A stretch of 64,000 nucleotides of DNA from Kudoa neothunni (Eukaryota > Animalia > Cnidaria): NCBI GenBank assembly GCA_964304625.1, contig OZ199840.1:7040336-7104335 (forward strand). The letters run 5' to 3'. The notes beneath the pieces were generated by a model. It was not told the origin of the DNA and did no database searches. It was given only the letters and a program-made list of their open reading frames with translations. Below, piece by piece: positions 38,750 to 52,978 of this stretch (within the stretch, counting starts at the first letter, position 1; each line of letters opens with the position of its first letter). Both the position numbers and the translations under genes were made by a program.

Positions 38750-39788
38750 GGCTAAACTGCAGTTGGGGGTATTTCTTCGGCAGTTATCGGATATAGTCGT
38801 GCAGAATAAAATAAAATATGTAAAATACATTATCAATGGAGATATAATTCATTAATTGTTAATATATATATTTAAAAGTTTCAATAATGAATTTTCTTTT
38901 TAAATGATATTCTGAGAGGTAAGAACCCATCAATTCTGACCTCTTGTTGGTGATGTGGCGATACTTTCTTTTCACTGTCCCCAAATGGCTTCGATGCGAT
39001 TAGTATGAACTCCATCCATTCTTTTGAAGCCATCTTTATGGATCATAACTTCGTGTTGATAACCAATAAGGGACAAATCCTTGTATCCCTTCCAACCATC
39101 CGTCCAAATCATCGAGCCCAATTCAACATTATTCAAGATGATATTTTCCAGCGTAGGTTTGTCTCGAACATCTGTAATTTGCTGGAAAATATTGCCATTG
39201 TTGTCAATTTTTCCAACAAGACTGGTTGACCAAAATTCTTCCACGATGGTATTTTCTTCTGCAGATAAATGACTCATCGATTTGAACAACTAAGCCAGGA
39301 GAACCGATTTTTTCGCGATGGGAGTCTAAGTATTCAGAGTAAATTTCCCGGATATACTGCATCCAATCAGTTACAGTGTGCTCAGAACCAATGTCCAGCT
39401 GTCTACATATTGTTCTATATGACATATTTATGTCGTTCAGATTAAAATACATCAGGGCAAATATCTGCCACAACGATAAATGTGACCCCTCAAAAAAGGT
39501 TCCATTTCTGATGGAACATTTCTTTTTGCAAACGCCGCAAAAAAATACGTACAAATCATTTTTATTTTTTTGATTTATTAGATACATATCTGATGAACAT
39601 TTATTGCACTTTTTAACTTTTGGCAGCAGCCCCAAATTTTGTAGCGTGTTAAAAAGTTTTTCAAAATTGGATTTTAAAAGAAACAAGTCTTCTAATAACA
39701 TAGTGTCTATTGAAAACTCCATTTTAAAAACTGTTGCACGAGTATATCCGATAACTGCCGAAGAATTACCCCAAACTGCAGTTTAGCC
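38750..39788 (-). mobile_element. Merlin (IS1016/ISXO2-like) transposon, copy 1
   Basis: TIR of about 54 bp starting GGCTAAACTGCAGTT. Zn ribbon CNKC..CGVC, SIRNGTFFEGSHL, VQIDES, IWTDGWKGY and HTNRIEAIW. Confidence 0.92.
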
Positions 39789-39802
39789 TAACAATTAATG
39801 TA

Positions 39803-41770
39803 TCTATTATTTGATTTGTAAAATTTTTTAGTTGGTAAGCGTTTATATTAAAAGTACGTAGAATCCGTCAACCACTGTGTAAAGCAAACCGGAAATCCGT
39901 GTGTGTACGCATTTTTAATTCTTTATAAAGAGACATGTCGCTCCATTTGAGCGTATATACGGAAAGATAAAATTTTATTTTAACCGAAAAATACGTAAAA
40001 AATTATAAAAGATTTGCTTCCTACAAAATGGCAATAAAAACAATTTCACGGGGCATGATTTGAGGATTTATGCAAATATAAATAAGATCAATTCGTTAAA
40101 AGTTTTAAAAAGTCAATTTTAAATATATCATAGTGTTTATTTTACTTGAAAATTATTCAAAAATGATTTAGTAATTGAATTAATTCAAATAAGGAAGGTA
40201 ATATTAGGTTATGTAGCCAAACATTAATATGAAATTCATTTGTTGATGTTTAACAAGGCTAGTCCTATTCATACGGTATGATTTTGAGATTACTGTGAAC
40301 AACAAGGAGAAAATCGATTTTTTTAGGAGCTCTAAAGAGGAAATTATAAACGTTCAGTAGTGTTTATTCATTTTTAAAAATATTAAATAAGGACTATGCG
40401 TCTAATTATTTAAGTTAAATTAATTAAAATATCATTCAGGACTAACTACAGTAACTATATACGGACTTAATGCGGCACCGACATGCAATCGGAAAAAAAT
40501 CGTTTCCTACAATGTGTCTTACTAATTGATTTCTCTTTCAAAATTTTTCCATATTTCTTTATATCATAAAAAATTTAAAATTATTGAAAAATAAGAATTT
40601 TTTGAAGTATTTATCAGCAGCATAGAGATTTCACGTGAATCCGAATATGCTCGACGTAAGATTTATTTCCAATTTACGAGATAATTCTTGTTGGTCTACA
40701 ATTTATAAAGTTATCTTTGTTTTATGAGAAAAACACGTGAAAAATTTTTAAAATCAAAGTGAATTAACAGGACGAAATGGAGGAAACAACATTTCCGGTT
40801 GTTTATACGATCCGTCCAAAATCGGCACACATAATGTAGCTTAGTCCAATTTTGTGTAAAATCTAGATAGAGACTTTTCCGGTTGATATTTGCAATATTA
40901 GTCTTAATTAGTCATTTAATAGGTCACATGTCGATATTTCCTTAAATCCAAACCGAAATGATCTAAATTTAAGCTTTTTATATTGTAGTAAAAAATAAAT
41001 TTTTACCACAAAAACGTATCTGGCTATTTTAATGACATTTGAATTGGAAACTATCGATACTTACTTATCCAATTTTTCCTTTTTTATCCAATATTTATTG
41101 GTTTTGACTTTTCTGCGTAATATCAGGGTCATATTCAAAACGTGCCATAACAAAATGCATGAGATTACATGATATTATATTTGGATGATTACTATTATTC
41201 TCTTGTCGGGACGCTAATTTGGACTATTTTTCGCGCATCTAGAAACTTAAAATATATTTTTCGTAGCGCCATTAATGAATAGTCATATTTTTCACCGACT
41301 CATTATTGTTTCTTATGGAAACATAACGTGAACAAATTTAACGGACGCATGTGAGGAATAGTTGGATTAAATAATCTGATTATTCGGTTTAGATATTCTG
41401 ATTAAACATTGAAATAAAAATACGTCGCATAATATACACCAATATTTTAACATCGTGAAACAATATTTAATTTATATTCTTGAAAAGAATTTTGTGGAGA
41501 CATCGGTTTTCAGAATTCATGGTTGAACAAAACATTATGCATTTACACGCGGATAATCTAATTTTATATTAATCTGATTTGTGCGCCATCAAAATGACTT
41601 TACTAAATTAGATCCGTATTCATGTTGTGATATTTTTTTGAATAAAAGGAACCTTTCCTCTCTATGTTTTATTTTCTTTATATTTTAGTAAAATGTTACA
41701 AATTACAAAAAAGTTAGTTACGTAAAAACATTGGGCAAGGACCCTGAGCGTGGACCGGGGTTTGCGCTAG
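39803..41770 (+). mobile_element. Probable non-autonomous Helitron
   Basis: 5' end A|TCTATTAT, as at 23338. 3' hairpin CCCTG..CGGGG then TTTGCGCTAG|T. No ORFs inside. Confidence 0.55.
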
Positions 41771-42059
41771 TTTAATCATATAAGTATTCAAGTTATGGTA
41801 ATCCATTGTATTTTTTTTACCAAATCGAAACCTCCCTATAAAGAATCATTCCGTGGCTGGATCAAATTGTATATGACTAACTTTGAATCGAAATCGATAA
41901 AATTAAATTAAAGTAAGGATTAATTTTGCTGTCTTTTATCTTTCTAGAAATAAAATTTTTTTATTTATTATAAATTTTTTCCAAGGCTTCAGAACCTTTG
42001 TTGTGCATTGAAAATGAAAAAATTGAATAACAAATACAATACAGAATAAATAAATTTTT

Positions 42060-43190
42060 TATGAATGATCAATCAATTAATTCATGTTGACAATCTGGAC
42101 AGGTGATTACAATTTTTTTCAATTTGAGTATTGAGCACACTGACTTATTGCAAAATGTGCATTTCATTTGTGTTTTCCGACCAATATTTCTTGGACAAAA
42201 GACGCATCTTCCTCTTGAGCACGATAATTGTTCGTTTCCAGTTGCAATTTCAGACAGGTGATTTAAATTATTGAAAATTTTGAATCCTTATTGTAGACTA
42301 AAATGACATTTGTTGCTGACTTGTTGTCTACGAAAAACGTTTGGTGTTATCAATTGAATACCCAATTCGCGAAGGAAGACTTGACGTCTACTTCGATCAA
42401 TTGACCGCCGCTCGGGAAACTTAGTCATCCAGATAACGTACGCGTTCAGCGTCGATATGTCGACCAATTCCATAAAAACGCGAAATGGCCAACGATTAGT
42501 TCTCTAGAACAACTGTATACTTTAGTCATTCAATCCCCATTATCGACTTTGCTTTCGTTTGATTATAATGGATGATGACTTGAGGTTTCTTCTTTTCGCC
42601 ACATACAATATAGCTATCGTTTAATTCGCTTGATAGCACTATCACGTTTTTATTTTTCTTTGGAATATACAAAACGTTAGTTAAATCTTCTGAAAAGTAA
42701 AACATGGAAGAATAATTAGGTCGACCCCTCACATTAAAAATGTTTTGCGGGATAAATATGTTATTTTTCCTCAGAGTCCCGGTCAACGTTAGATTCTTCT
42801 CTAACAGAAATAATGCGAGAAGGACCGTCGTGAAAAACTTGTCCGTTGTTACTCCACAACGATTTCCATAATATGGAGAAACTAAGTCTTTAACGACTCT
42901 TTCTCCCTGGTTTTTTTCTCGCACGCCATTAATTTTTCCGAGATATAGCTAGAGATTTAATAAATAAGACGTACCTACGTCTGAAGCCACCCATAACTTC
43001 ATTCCGAAGCGGTCGGGTGTATTTTTCATATAAACCCGAAAAGAACATCGTCCGAGAAAGGACACTATCCTTTCATCCACAGTTATGTGGATGCTTGTAG
43101 AATAATGACGTGTGAAGGCGGAGTTTATTTATTTGAAAATCTCATCGATGGCTTCGTATGGATTTTTTGATGACAGTGGCTTCTCTCATG
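42060..43190 (-). mobile_element. piggyBac (PGBD4-like) transposase fragment
   Basis: TVDERIVSFLGRCSFRVYMK..PDRFGMK, VTTDKFFT, GTLRKN, HYNQTK, DISTLNAY and a Cys-rich tail. Confidence 0.85.
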
Positions 43191-43276
43191 GAAACGAATA
43201 ATTCCTCCGTTATAGATGATATTTCAAATCTGAATTCATATTTTAATTAAGCTAGTTTTAGTACAATTTTTATGGC

Positions 43277-44386
43277 TGACCTTTATTTTAAGGATGTTGG
43301 AAATTTTTGCATGAAATTTTCATCCCCACTGTCAAAAAATAGGAAAGCGAAGCAAGTCTTTTTATTCACCTTAAAAATAATAATTTTGATAGTTTTAAAG
43401 AAATTCCGAGAGTATTAGATGTACGGTAGTATAGTTTCTTTAATTGTATAAAGCAAGTAAAGGAGTATTGCCCACCAATTGTCGACTTTTTAAAATATTA
43501 AAAGGAGACAAATTTGGAGCAAAACATAATGAATTTCTAAAAACAGACGTAGTTGATCTTAAGGCCTTTTACTTTTGTTTAAATATTTTAATCGATGGAC
43601 TTACTCCATTATTTGATTTTTCAAAAATAATTGAAGCCGAATAGAATTGTATCTCGAAAATTTGTGACTGGATAGAGAATGACTTTGGAATCGACAAGAA
43701 CTATTCGCTAAAAAATCACAAGGACATTATCGGTCTCGTTCCATTTCAATGTAGAATTAATCTTCTACTTAATGTGAACATTTATGCGACAAAATTATTA
43801 ATGAACTAAAATGTTCAATATCTAAGAATTTAAACGAGTGTTTACCTTCAAATACATTTTTTGAAACCGTGAAAAATCTCGCTTCAAATGTCCCAATTTC
43901 AATTGAACAATTGAATGTTGATGATCTTTGTTCCTTTTTACAGATTGAAGACAGGCAACAACTTAAGAATGAATTCGACTTGTTATGTAAAGAGGCGAAA
44001 GATTTAACAAGATCAATCGATCCCAACTTTTGGAAAATGCGATCAAATGTTTTACCTAAACTTTCAATACTTTGTCGATATATTGACCCTGCCAATGTCA
44101 TCAATCAATGTTGAAAGGAGTCTCTCAAAACTCCGATACGTTTTTGGAAAGAAAGAATAAATTTAGGTGATGATCGCCTTACAATGTTGGCGATGCTAAA
44201 TTTCAATGGTCCATTATAATTATTTTAATTCACGATTATCGAATTTATTTTGTTTTCTTTTTATTTAGAGTTTTTCTTTCTTTAAATAAAAGTCGATAAA
44301 AATCGATTTTACAAATTTTATTTATATATAAGTCGATAAATACCGTCGATTTACAGAAAAATAAACGTCGAAAATTTCCAACCCTA
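43277..44386 (+). mobile_element. 5'-truncated second copy of the CGGBP1-like hAT at 24846-26790
   Basis: Near-identical 3' half and subterminal region, ending TCGAAAATTTCCAACCCTA and followed by CTTATAAA. Confidence 0.88.
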
Positions 44387-44394
44387 CTTATAAA

Positions 44395-46443
44395 CAAACC
44401 ATGCAATTTTCTATTTATATCGATTTTGATCGATTTAAACCGTCGAATTTAAATAAAAGTGCCGGCTTTTATTTATATAGATCGAAAAACGCCGATTTTA
44501 AGATTTTAAATTATTGTATTCGCTTAGTGTTACCTTTGAAAAAAAACAACCAAGAACACTACTGCACGCGAGTAATCATTAATACATATGTTAAACCAAG
44601 GAATTAACACAAAGAAGAATGGATATGGGAAGAAAACTCCGAGAAATTGGCAACTATTTTCTTGAATGGAGCGATTTGGAATTGGTTAGAAACTTCCTAT
44701 GCTGCAAATACTGCAAGATAATCTTGTCAATCAAACAAAATAGAATTCAGGAACACATTGGTTCGCAAAAGCACATATCCATGAAAACAAGTTTAAATAA
44801 TACGATTTCCATCAAAAATATTTTGCATTGTGACAAATCCAATTTGACAGTATTCAATTTAATTCCATCAATAAAGGTAGTTATTTCAGATCTTTTATTT
44901 CCAAATATTGCCCTGCATCGAGGTCATTATCTGATGGAAGATCTCTTACCGATAGACTCCTACCTGCAATATTCCAAGATTGTGTAAGTACCATTAAAGC
45001 AACATTGATGGGCCTTAGATTTAGCTTGATTATTGATGAATCACCTGACATAAAGAACAGACCTGTTTTTAACACCCTAACATGCTACTACGATCGTGAT
45101 TCAAATGCATAAATAACAATTATGCACAACTCTTCAAGACTTTTACAGTGTATTTCTGTCGCCGTCACAAATCAGTTATCAAATGTAATAAAACGTTACG
45201 ACTTATCATGGGACAACTGCGTTGCGATTATTTCGGATTCGGAACCATATATGGAACGATTCTTTAAGGAATTCAAGACAATGTATCACACATCATACGT
45301 ATTCCATGCTACTCCCATCTAATTTATCTCGTTGTTCGCAAAGCGATTGATATTCATTTCATGAATATTAAAAAGCTCTGCATGAAGTTTTCAGCTATTT
45401 TAGAAAAAAATAGGAAGTAAGGAAATATGTTTTTGATTCACCTCAAAAATAAGAACTTTGAAAGTTCAAAGAAATACCCCGTGTAATAGATATCCGTTGG
45501 CACAACCTCTTTAATTGCTTAATGCAGACAAAAGAATATTTAACAACTGCTATTGACTTTCTAAGAAAGAGTAAAGATGAAGAATTTGGCAAGAAATTAA
45601 ATGAATTACTCGAAATCAATCCGAAAAATTTTAATGTTTTGTTTTTTTGTTTGGATATGTTGATGGAACGACTTTCGCCTTGGAATATTACAAGTTTATT
45701 GAAACTAGAGAAAATTTATGTTTCTCGGGTATATTTGATTTGACAACCGAAGATTTTGGTATTAGCAAAAATAATTTTTTTGAAACCCGCAGAGAAACCC
45801 TTGGAATTATCCCCGTTGACGTTCGAAGTGACTTGATCAGAAGAACTGATTGCTTCCGTGATTCGATTTTACGAGACCTCCATCAATGCATATTAAATAG
45901 TATCAGTGAATGTTTCCTATCACCCACTCTTCTAGAGACAGTGAAACACTGCAATCCAAACAATAATATATCAATTACAAACATCAGTATTGAAGACCTT
46001 TGTTATTTAGTTCAGACAGATGATAAAACGGAAATTAGAAATGAATACAATTTTCTTTGTAAAATTCTCCAAACCTCCATTTAACTTGCTGATATCGATT
46101 TTTGGACGAAAAGATCAAATGTTTGTCCCTCACTGTCAATAATCGTTCAGGATTTACGAGCGGTACCTGTATCGTCCATAAGTGTGGAGAGAAGTTTTTC
46201 AAAGATGAATCATGTTTTTGGAAAAGACCGGATGAACGTATGTGATGAGCGCTTAACCGTGTTGTCTATTTTAAACGTAAATGGACCATCAATACTTTAA
46301 CCATTATTGTTAACATTATAGTATGTCGTCGTTGTATGTATTTATTGATCGATAAAAGCCGTTTTTCGTTTTTGCTTGAAAAATAAGCGCCGAAAAAGGT
46401 CGTCGATTTTGTTAAAAATAAACGTCGAAAATTGCATGGTGTA
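44395..46443 (+). mobile_element. Related CGGBP1-like hAT subfamily with both ends, frameshifted
   Basis: TIR (C/T)A(A/C)ACCATGCAATTTTC and TSD CTTATAAA at 44387-44394 and 46444-46451. Motifs CKYC...EHIGSQKH, LIIDESPD, ISDSEPYM and PVSSISVERSFS. Confidence 0.88.
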
Positions 46444-46910
46444 CTTATAAATCTAATAAATTTGAAGAAAACCATTATGTCGTAATCATTAAAGTTGGAT
46501 AGAATGTTGAATTAAACCAATCAAAACTCACATTCCGTTTTCTTGATCTCTTGTTTAGAAAAATATTCAAAAAATAAAGCATCTAAAGAATTCTTTAGAT
46601 AAAATGTGACTCATCAACTATACTTAATTACGATTCCTCCATTTCCTAACCCAACGAAAACACGTATTACTCATGACTGACTGTTGTATATTTGTTTATT
46701 AGCATAAATAAACAGAGTTTGATTTTACACTACACGCAAAAACATAACGATTGTTATAAACCGCATATTACTGACGAAGTTAAATTTTGCAATACAGTTA
46801 TACAATTACGAGACAAAAAACAACATCCTGAGAGAGACAATAATTCATTGGTTGACAACTTTATTAAACACATAGGTTCACGATAAAAAATGAAATATCT
46901 AATTTTATGA

Positions 46911-47744
46911 TTAGTTCTGTTTCCTAAACATATCTTTAAGTCTATGTTCCTTTGCCCTTTTCCATTCATTGTATTTTGCCTGATTTAGAAACGAAACTTT
47001 TTCAATGTGACTATTTTTGGACTGTATATCCAGCTCGTCACCTATGTTCTCTTCTTGGCGATATATTTGCCAGAGTTTTTTTGATTTAGTCTATAATTGT
47101 AAGATTTTAAATGCAAAAACATTCGATAGATACCAATGTGGATTCGCGTTTGGATGTAGAATGTCTCTTGATTATATCGTCCATGGTGGACGTGCGTTTC
47201 CTTTTTTGGGGAGTGATTTTATTATCGGAAATTCCAACACTTTGAGGAGTTGTATTTATATAATTTTCATTTGAATCAGTTTTGCTTACAGTATTCTACG
47301 AATTTCTCACAACGTAAAATTAACGTTTAGTTACCGTTTCCTTTACACACAAAGACGAAGATTTTGAATTGTTTTGTTGTGCTTTCATTTGTTCCCACAG
47401 ATCATCAATTTCTTTAACTGTTTTTTCATCCAGCCTACTTTTTCCGGTCTTATTGTCGTTCTTTAAAATCTATAGAGAAAAGCGTTTGTATGCTAGACAT
47501 ACTTCTTCCAATGAATGAACGTAAATGGTTTCTTTATCAGCTTCCTGTTCTTCGATCACTAAAAATATCTCTCATGCTAGCTCTGTAAGTTAGGTTGATA
47601 ATTACAAGAAGGAATATAATTAGTGTCTTCATTATCATCATCGTCGTCATCTTCATCATTATTGTAGACATTATCGAAGTCGCATTTGGATAATTTTTCA
47701 TGCATTGAGGATGCTTTATTCTGCTTTTCACCTTCAGTACTCAT
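46911..47744 (-). CDS. CFDP1: Craniofacial development protein 1 / BCNT / Swc5 homolog, 5 coding exons
   Basis: Acidic N-terminus (DEDDDDDDNEDTNYIP), IDDLWEQMK, and a spliced BCNT-C domain STL/TKSKKLWQIYRQEENIGDELDIQSKNSHIEKVSFLNQ. The ORF track misses it. Confidence 0.88.
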
Positions 47745-48459
47745 AACCTAAAGGCTTTATGAGTCTGATATTTGCTCAATAAAACCAAAGTAAACCTAAA
47801 GTCTGCTTTAATAAACACAGTGTGTGCGTACGCATTAGAATATATGTTAAATTATTTATTTAAAACTAATATTTCAAGATACTCTAACTAATCTAAAATG
47901 GCTCGCTGCAGAAATTAAGCGCTATCTAAAAAGTACAGCCCATTATTAAGTTGCGACATTTCGGATTTAGTCGTGTGGAAATTTTACCGACAGTATGAAT
48001 TTCGTTGCGTGGTACCTAAAGTTTGTAATATTGAGATCAATTATTGTTTGAGATTTAAATAACGACCAACATCATTTTTAGGTTGTTTTGTTAACAGTTT
48101 CGATAAAATGGAGTAATCCGTCCCGTTTTTCTTGTTTTTATCTCCAGGGCACCAAAAACGACTTTACGTATTCCTTCTATTTCATCAAATTTATTTCAGG
48201 CATTATCCACGATAAACTTACATTGATTCTTTTATTATATCTCAATTTAGACCTATTCTTTTTCATGAGAAATAGAGGAAATCTAAAAATGTAGAGAGTG
48301 TATTAATATGAATACATGCAACACCATTAAATGTAATGTGGACTACTCAGTAACTAAGGAAGCTTATTCTTATTGTGAAGAAATATGCGTGTTTTATGGT
48401 TCAGATTTTTTCCTTAATCTGTAAAAAAAGAAAATCATTTATTGTTTAGCATGATGCGA

Positions 48460-49679
48460 ATAAAAACACGTACAAGCAAAGGGCGAGACAAATGCAAATA
48501 TGTTTCTAGGCAATTTAAGTTATTTAACAATACACGCAAAACAAATATCCTTTGAGTATTCTTAAGAACAGTTGATCCTACAAATTGAACAAATAAGTCT
48601 GGTTTTTTGTGTTGTTTTCAGAGATAATGCCTTGTTTCTGCTACACTTGAACATTTTAAAGACGTATTTCGTCCTATCTTTCCATGTTTAATATGCATCA
48701 AATCAGTTACAGTATTGCTTTCCAGAATTTATAGAAATTTCAATCAAGAGTGGGTAGGGTCAACAAATATGTTTTTATAAATGTGGAATGAGTTTATAAA
48801 ACTGTTGCCAACCATGTTATAAAGGTTGCAGAAGCTAAACGTTCCGTATATCGTTTTACATTACGTGCGGCAATTCAATTATTCGGTTAATTGTATCAAC
48901 TCCTCCCTTGTGCCTGTCGTAATGAAGTGTGACCTCAGGTTTTCTAATAGCTGTACAATTCACAATAATATTGTATGAAGACTTTGTAAGAAGCAAAATT
49001 GATTTATTTTTTGGAAAATATGAAGCCAACATTAATTCTTTATTAAATAAATATCTACAATTGTTTACTTCTCTTTTTCGATCCTTTTTTAGATATTCTG
49101 GGATGTCTCTCTTGTTACTTCGAATTTTATCAGTCATAGACACCTACTTATCCGAAGCTTTCCTGCAACAGGGAATTAGAACTGAACAAATTATCAAACA
49201 TAGTATTTCTAACAGTCTTTAAAGTTAGAAACAAGCTCTAAAAACTTCATTTTCACCAACGTTTTTCGCTCACTCGCTATCATTACTTCCTAAGTATACC
49301 GATATATTATGGGTATATTTTATGTGAGGGTCAGTAAGAAGGTAAAATTTTATTCTGCAAACACCAGGCTTTGACGGCATGTATTGTTTGAAGGGATGTT
49401 TATCCCTAAATGCAACAAGTTGCTCGTCGATGGTCAAATTATCTACGGGAATAACAACTTTCAATATTAGGCCTTTTCAATGTTCAAAAATCTCTCGTAA
49501 TGGGAAAAATTTATCTAACTCACGCTCTACTACTACTAGTGTTTCAAAGCTATCAAAATTATCAGACCTTAATTTTTGAACAAATCTTTTGAGTGGCATG
49601 ATCTCTCTGAATATGTTTCTTCTCTTGTCGTAACTCCAAAGTAGTTTTTGGGATTCGAATTTTGATTTAAGAATGGACA
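48460..49679 (-). mobile_element. Degraded piggyBac transposase fragment
   Basis: LTIDEQLVAF, QYMPSKPG, HYDRHKGGVDT and remnants of the Cys-rich C-terminus. Confidence 0.8.
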
Positions 49680-49681
49680 TA

Positions 49682-50535
49682 CAGTATTTCAAGACCTAAA
49701 TGCAACTGCGTCGGATCAAAATGCAACCCCATGCAATAATGTCCAAAAAAGGAAATATGTTATCTTAAGTGATGATATGAAACAAATGGCAGTTTCACTA
49801 GCTGAAGTTCATAACCTCTTTCGTATGATTTCAAATTATTTCTAGGATGGATACTCTAACAAATACATTGCCGAGAAAATGGGTGTACATAAATCAACCA
49901 TTGGGCGCATTTTGAAGACAAAATCGATGACTACTGAATTAAGTTCACCAAAAAAGAAAGGGGGTGACAGACGGTCAAAATTGACTGAACCCATAAATTA
50001 TACATCCGCGAACTTGTGGAGGAGGATTGCACCATTACATTAAATTCTATTACCGAAAAAGTTCTAGAATTTTTTGGTATTAATGTTTCTCGTCAAACAA
50101 TTCGCAATTGTTTGAGAGATTTCCATTATACCTTAAAAAAATTTCCATTGTACCCCTAGGAAGAAATTCTCGGGATTGTATTGAAACGAGAAAAAGGTTT
50201 ATTATCATTTTAAAAAATTGCGTAAAAATGAATAGATACGTGATACAATATCTGGAACTGAAGCCTCGTCATTCTACGGTCATCTATATAGATGAATTGG
50301 GCTTTTCATTGCCAATGAGAAGAACATTTGGACGAGCACTTTCAGAGTCAAGAGCGAATCTGAAAGTGAAAAGCATTCGCTCTAAAAATATTACATTAAT
50401 CACGGCAATAAGCTCGTAACGGGTGTGGACATTCCACGTAGAAAATGGAACTGTCAACCAACAAGTTTTTTTCTATTTTCATAGACAAACTATTTTCCGA
50501 CTTAAGCTGCAGTGGAGTTGATAACGCCCTATTAA
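49682..50535 (+). mobile_element. IS630/Tc1-like (DDE_3) transposon, 5' part
   Basis: TA-CAGTATTTCAAGACCTAAATGCAAC end (a related end lies near 21705). HTH IAEKMGVHKSTIGRI, KKGGDRRSKL and IYIDELGF...GRA...RSKNITLITAIS. Cut by the piggyBac at 50536. Confidence 0.75.
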
Positions 50536-52978
50536 CCCTCTAAAGACGTAAAAAAAACTACCCCTCCAATTACATTGGGGTCAATATGACCCCAGATTTT
50601 TATTTGATAAATTTGATTAATAAATTTTTATAATTCCGACTGTAAATTATTAACAAATTCTAACGGTTGAACTTTGAGTAAAACATTAATAAATAGGCTA
50701 ATTAATCCGCCTTAATATCATTCGCAACATCCCGCCGCTCGCCGCCTATTATCGTTAAATTAATATCCTCAAGGATATCCACTTTTAGGATAAAAAATTG
50801 CATATTTAAAGTTTAGATAAGAAAAACACATTCTATAATTATATTCAAACAATTGCAACATTTGTTGGATGAGTGTACTTGGCAGTAAGGTTTATTACAA
50901 TCCGAACAACGAAGGAACATTTTTTTATCATTTCCACGAGGGCAATAGCTACATCGGGCCCTCTGATTTTTAATTTGAGGGACATTTGTAATTGGTTCGG
51001 AGAAAGGTGATTTTCTTTTGACAACTTTGTTATCATTTGAATTTTGATTGATAAGTGGTTGGTAGAGAGCTTCAGCGATTTCTTTTAGAAAGTTACGACG
51101 GGTTTTATTTTGGGTATTAAAAATATTCTTGTATAATGCAAAAGCATTAATCAAGGATAGGTCGAGAATATTGAAAAAAACTATCATCGGCCATCTGCGG
51201 TTGAATCTGCGAACAGAAACTGAGGCAAGCATTCGGTAAATGGTATCGAGTCCCCCTTTCGCTTTATTGTATCATATGATCATTTCAGGTTTTTTTTGTG
51301 TGAGGTATCAAAGATGTTAATATTGGTGGTTCCAGTTGAAATTAGAATGACAGCTTTATTTTTTTTTGTTGACATACGACGTTAGCATATTTTTCTCAAA
51401 AAAGGCAAAAGTTGTACTATACAATTCCCTTTTTTTTGAAGCAAGCACGCAAGTTGGAAGTTCCCTTTTGTTGTGGCGAATAGTACCCAAGTATGTCAAT
51501 TTTTTTTGTAATAACTTTGATGTAAGCGGAAAGAAGAAAAAAAATTATCAGCTACGATATTTCTTCCAGAGTGATATAGTGGTTCAGAGAGTGATAGGAC
51601 AATACCTTCGGCAACATTTAAGTTTCGTTCGTTATTTCCATTTTTACCCAGATACGGAGAGATATTTAAAACATATTTTTCGATTGGATCGACGAGTAAA
51701 AAAAGCTTTAGACCATATTTAGCTGGTTTCAATGGCATATACTGTCTAAAGGGGCATCGTCCCTTGAATGCAACCAACTGCTCGTCAATTGTGACGTCTT
51801 GGTTTGGGTTGAAACATTTTGGTAATTCTCTTGCCCACATTTCCCATACTTCACGTATTGGGCAAAATTTATCTGTGATTCTTCTCTCATGTCTAGTTTT
51901 TACGTCATCGAAATGAAGAGATCGTGAAATTTGGTAAAATCTTGTCCTTGAAAAAATTGTTCGATAGATTTCTCTACCCTCAGACACACTGAACAATTCT
52001 GCCATGGACTCCTCCCGATCTTTATGAACAGACATAAGGATAAGAATACCTAAATATCCATCAAACTCTGTGGAATCAATGTCGGTCCAATCTTCTTTAA
52101 AATGGCTGCGCCCAAAAATGTTTGTGCATTCGATAATTCTCTCACAAATACTTGTAGTAAACATGATGGAAAGACAATCCAACATATTACGAACTCTCTG
52201 TAAACAATAGGTGGTCGGACCGGGATGCGAGTTCATTATATTTTCTGCTAATGTTTTAGAGACAACAGGTTTGGTTAAGCTCCAGGTGATTCCATTTTTA
52301 CTAGTAGTGAAGCTACCGGTCTCAACAATTTCCAACAGTCCATCCGACGATTCAGAAATTTCAGTCAAAATGTCTTCAAACTCACTTCCTGACGATTCGT
52401 ATTCACCGCTTGACATCTCAACACCACTCATCGCTACGCGATAAAATTGTGCACAATATTGAGGCTACTCATGAATTATTCTAATATAATGTTGAATAAA
52501 ACAGGATCGTTGCTTTATCATATAATTTAGTATAGTTAAAATATATTACGAAAAATATTATTTTCATATCAACTCTTAAAATAAACACAAAACTATTTTG
52601 TTTATTCAACGATCATGACCGAAATGAAGACGCAATAAGCCGATGAAGATTAAATGAGATTAATTAATGTATTTAATATCGTTTTACTCGAAATTCAACC
52701 ATTAGAATTTTTAATACTTTACCATTGTGATTATAAAAATTTATTATTTTAATTTTTCAAATAAAAAACTGGGGTCATATTGACCCCAATGTAATCGGAG
52801 AATAGTTTTTTTTATTATATTTCACAGTCAGAATTTTTTTATTATTTTTCGTTTAAAATACCACTACAACAATATAGGAGAATAGATGGAATCTTGTGGC
52901 ATGAAGAAGAATTCTAACAAAGTTACTGGGGAATCAATTAGGCTTTGGGGTCATATTGACCCCAATGTCTTTAGAGGG
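50536..52978 (-). mobile_element. piggyBac family B with both ends, frameshifted transposase
   Basis: TTAA on both sides; TIR CCCTCTAAAGAC. Motifs VTIDEQLVAFKGRC, PAKYGLK, VADNFFSS, KGGLD, RRWP and RCSYC..CSDCNKPYCQVH. Subterminal TGGGGTCA-N3-TGACCCCA occurs three times. Confidence 0.93.
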
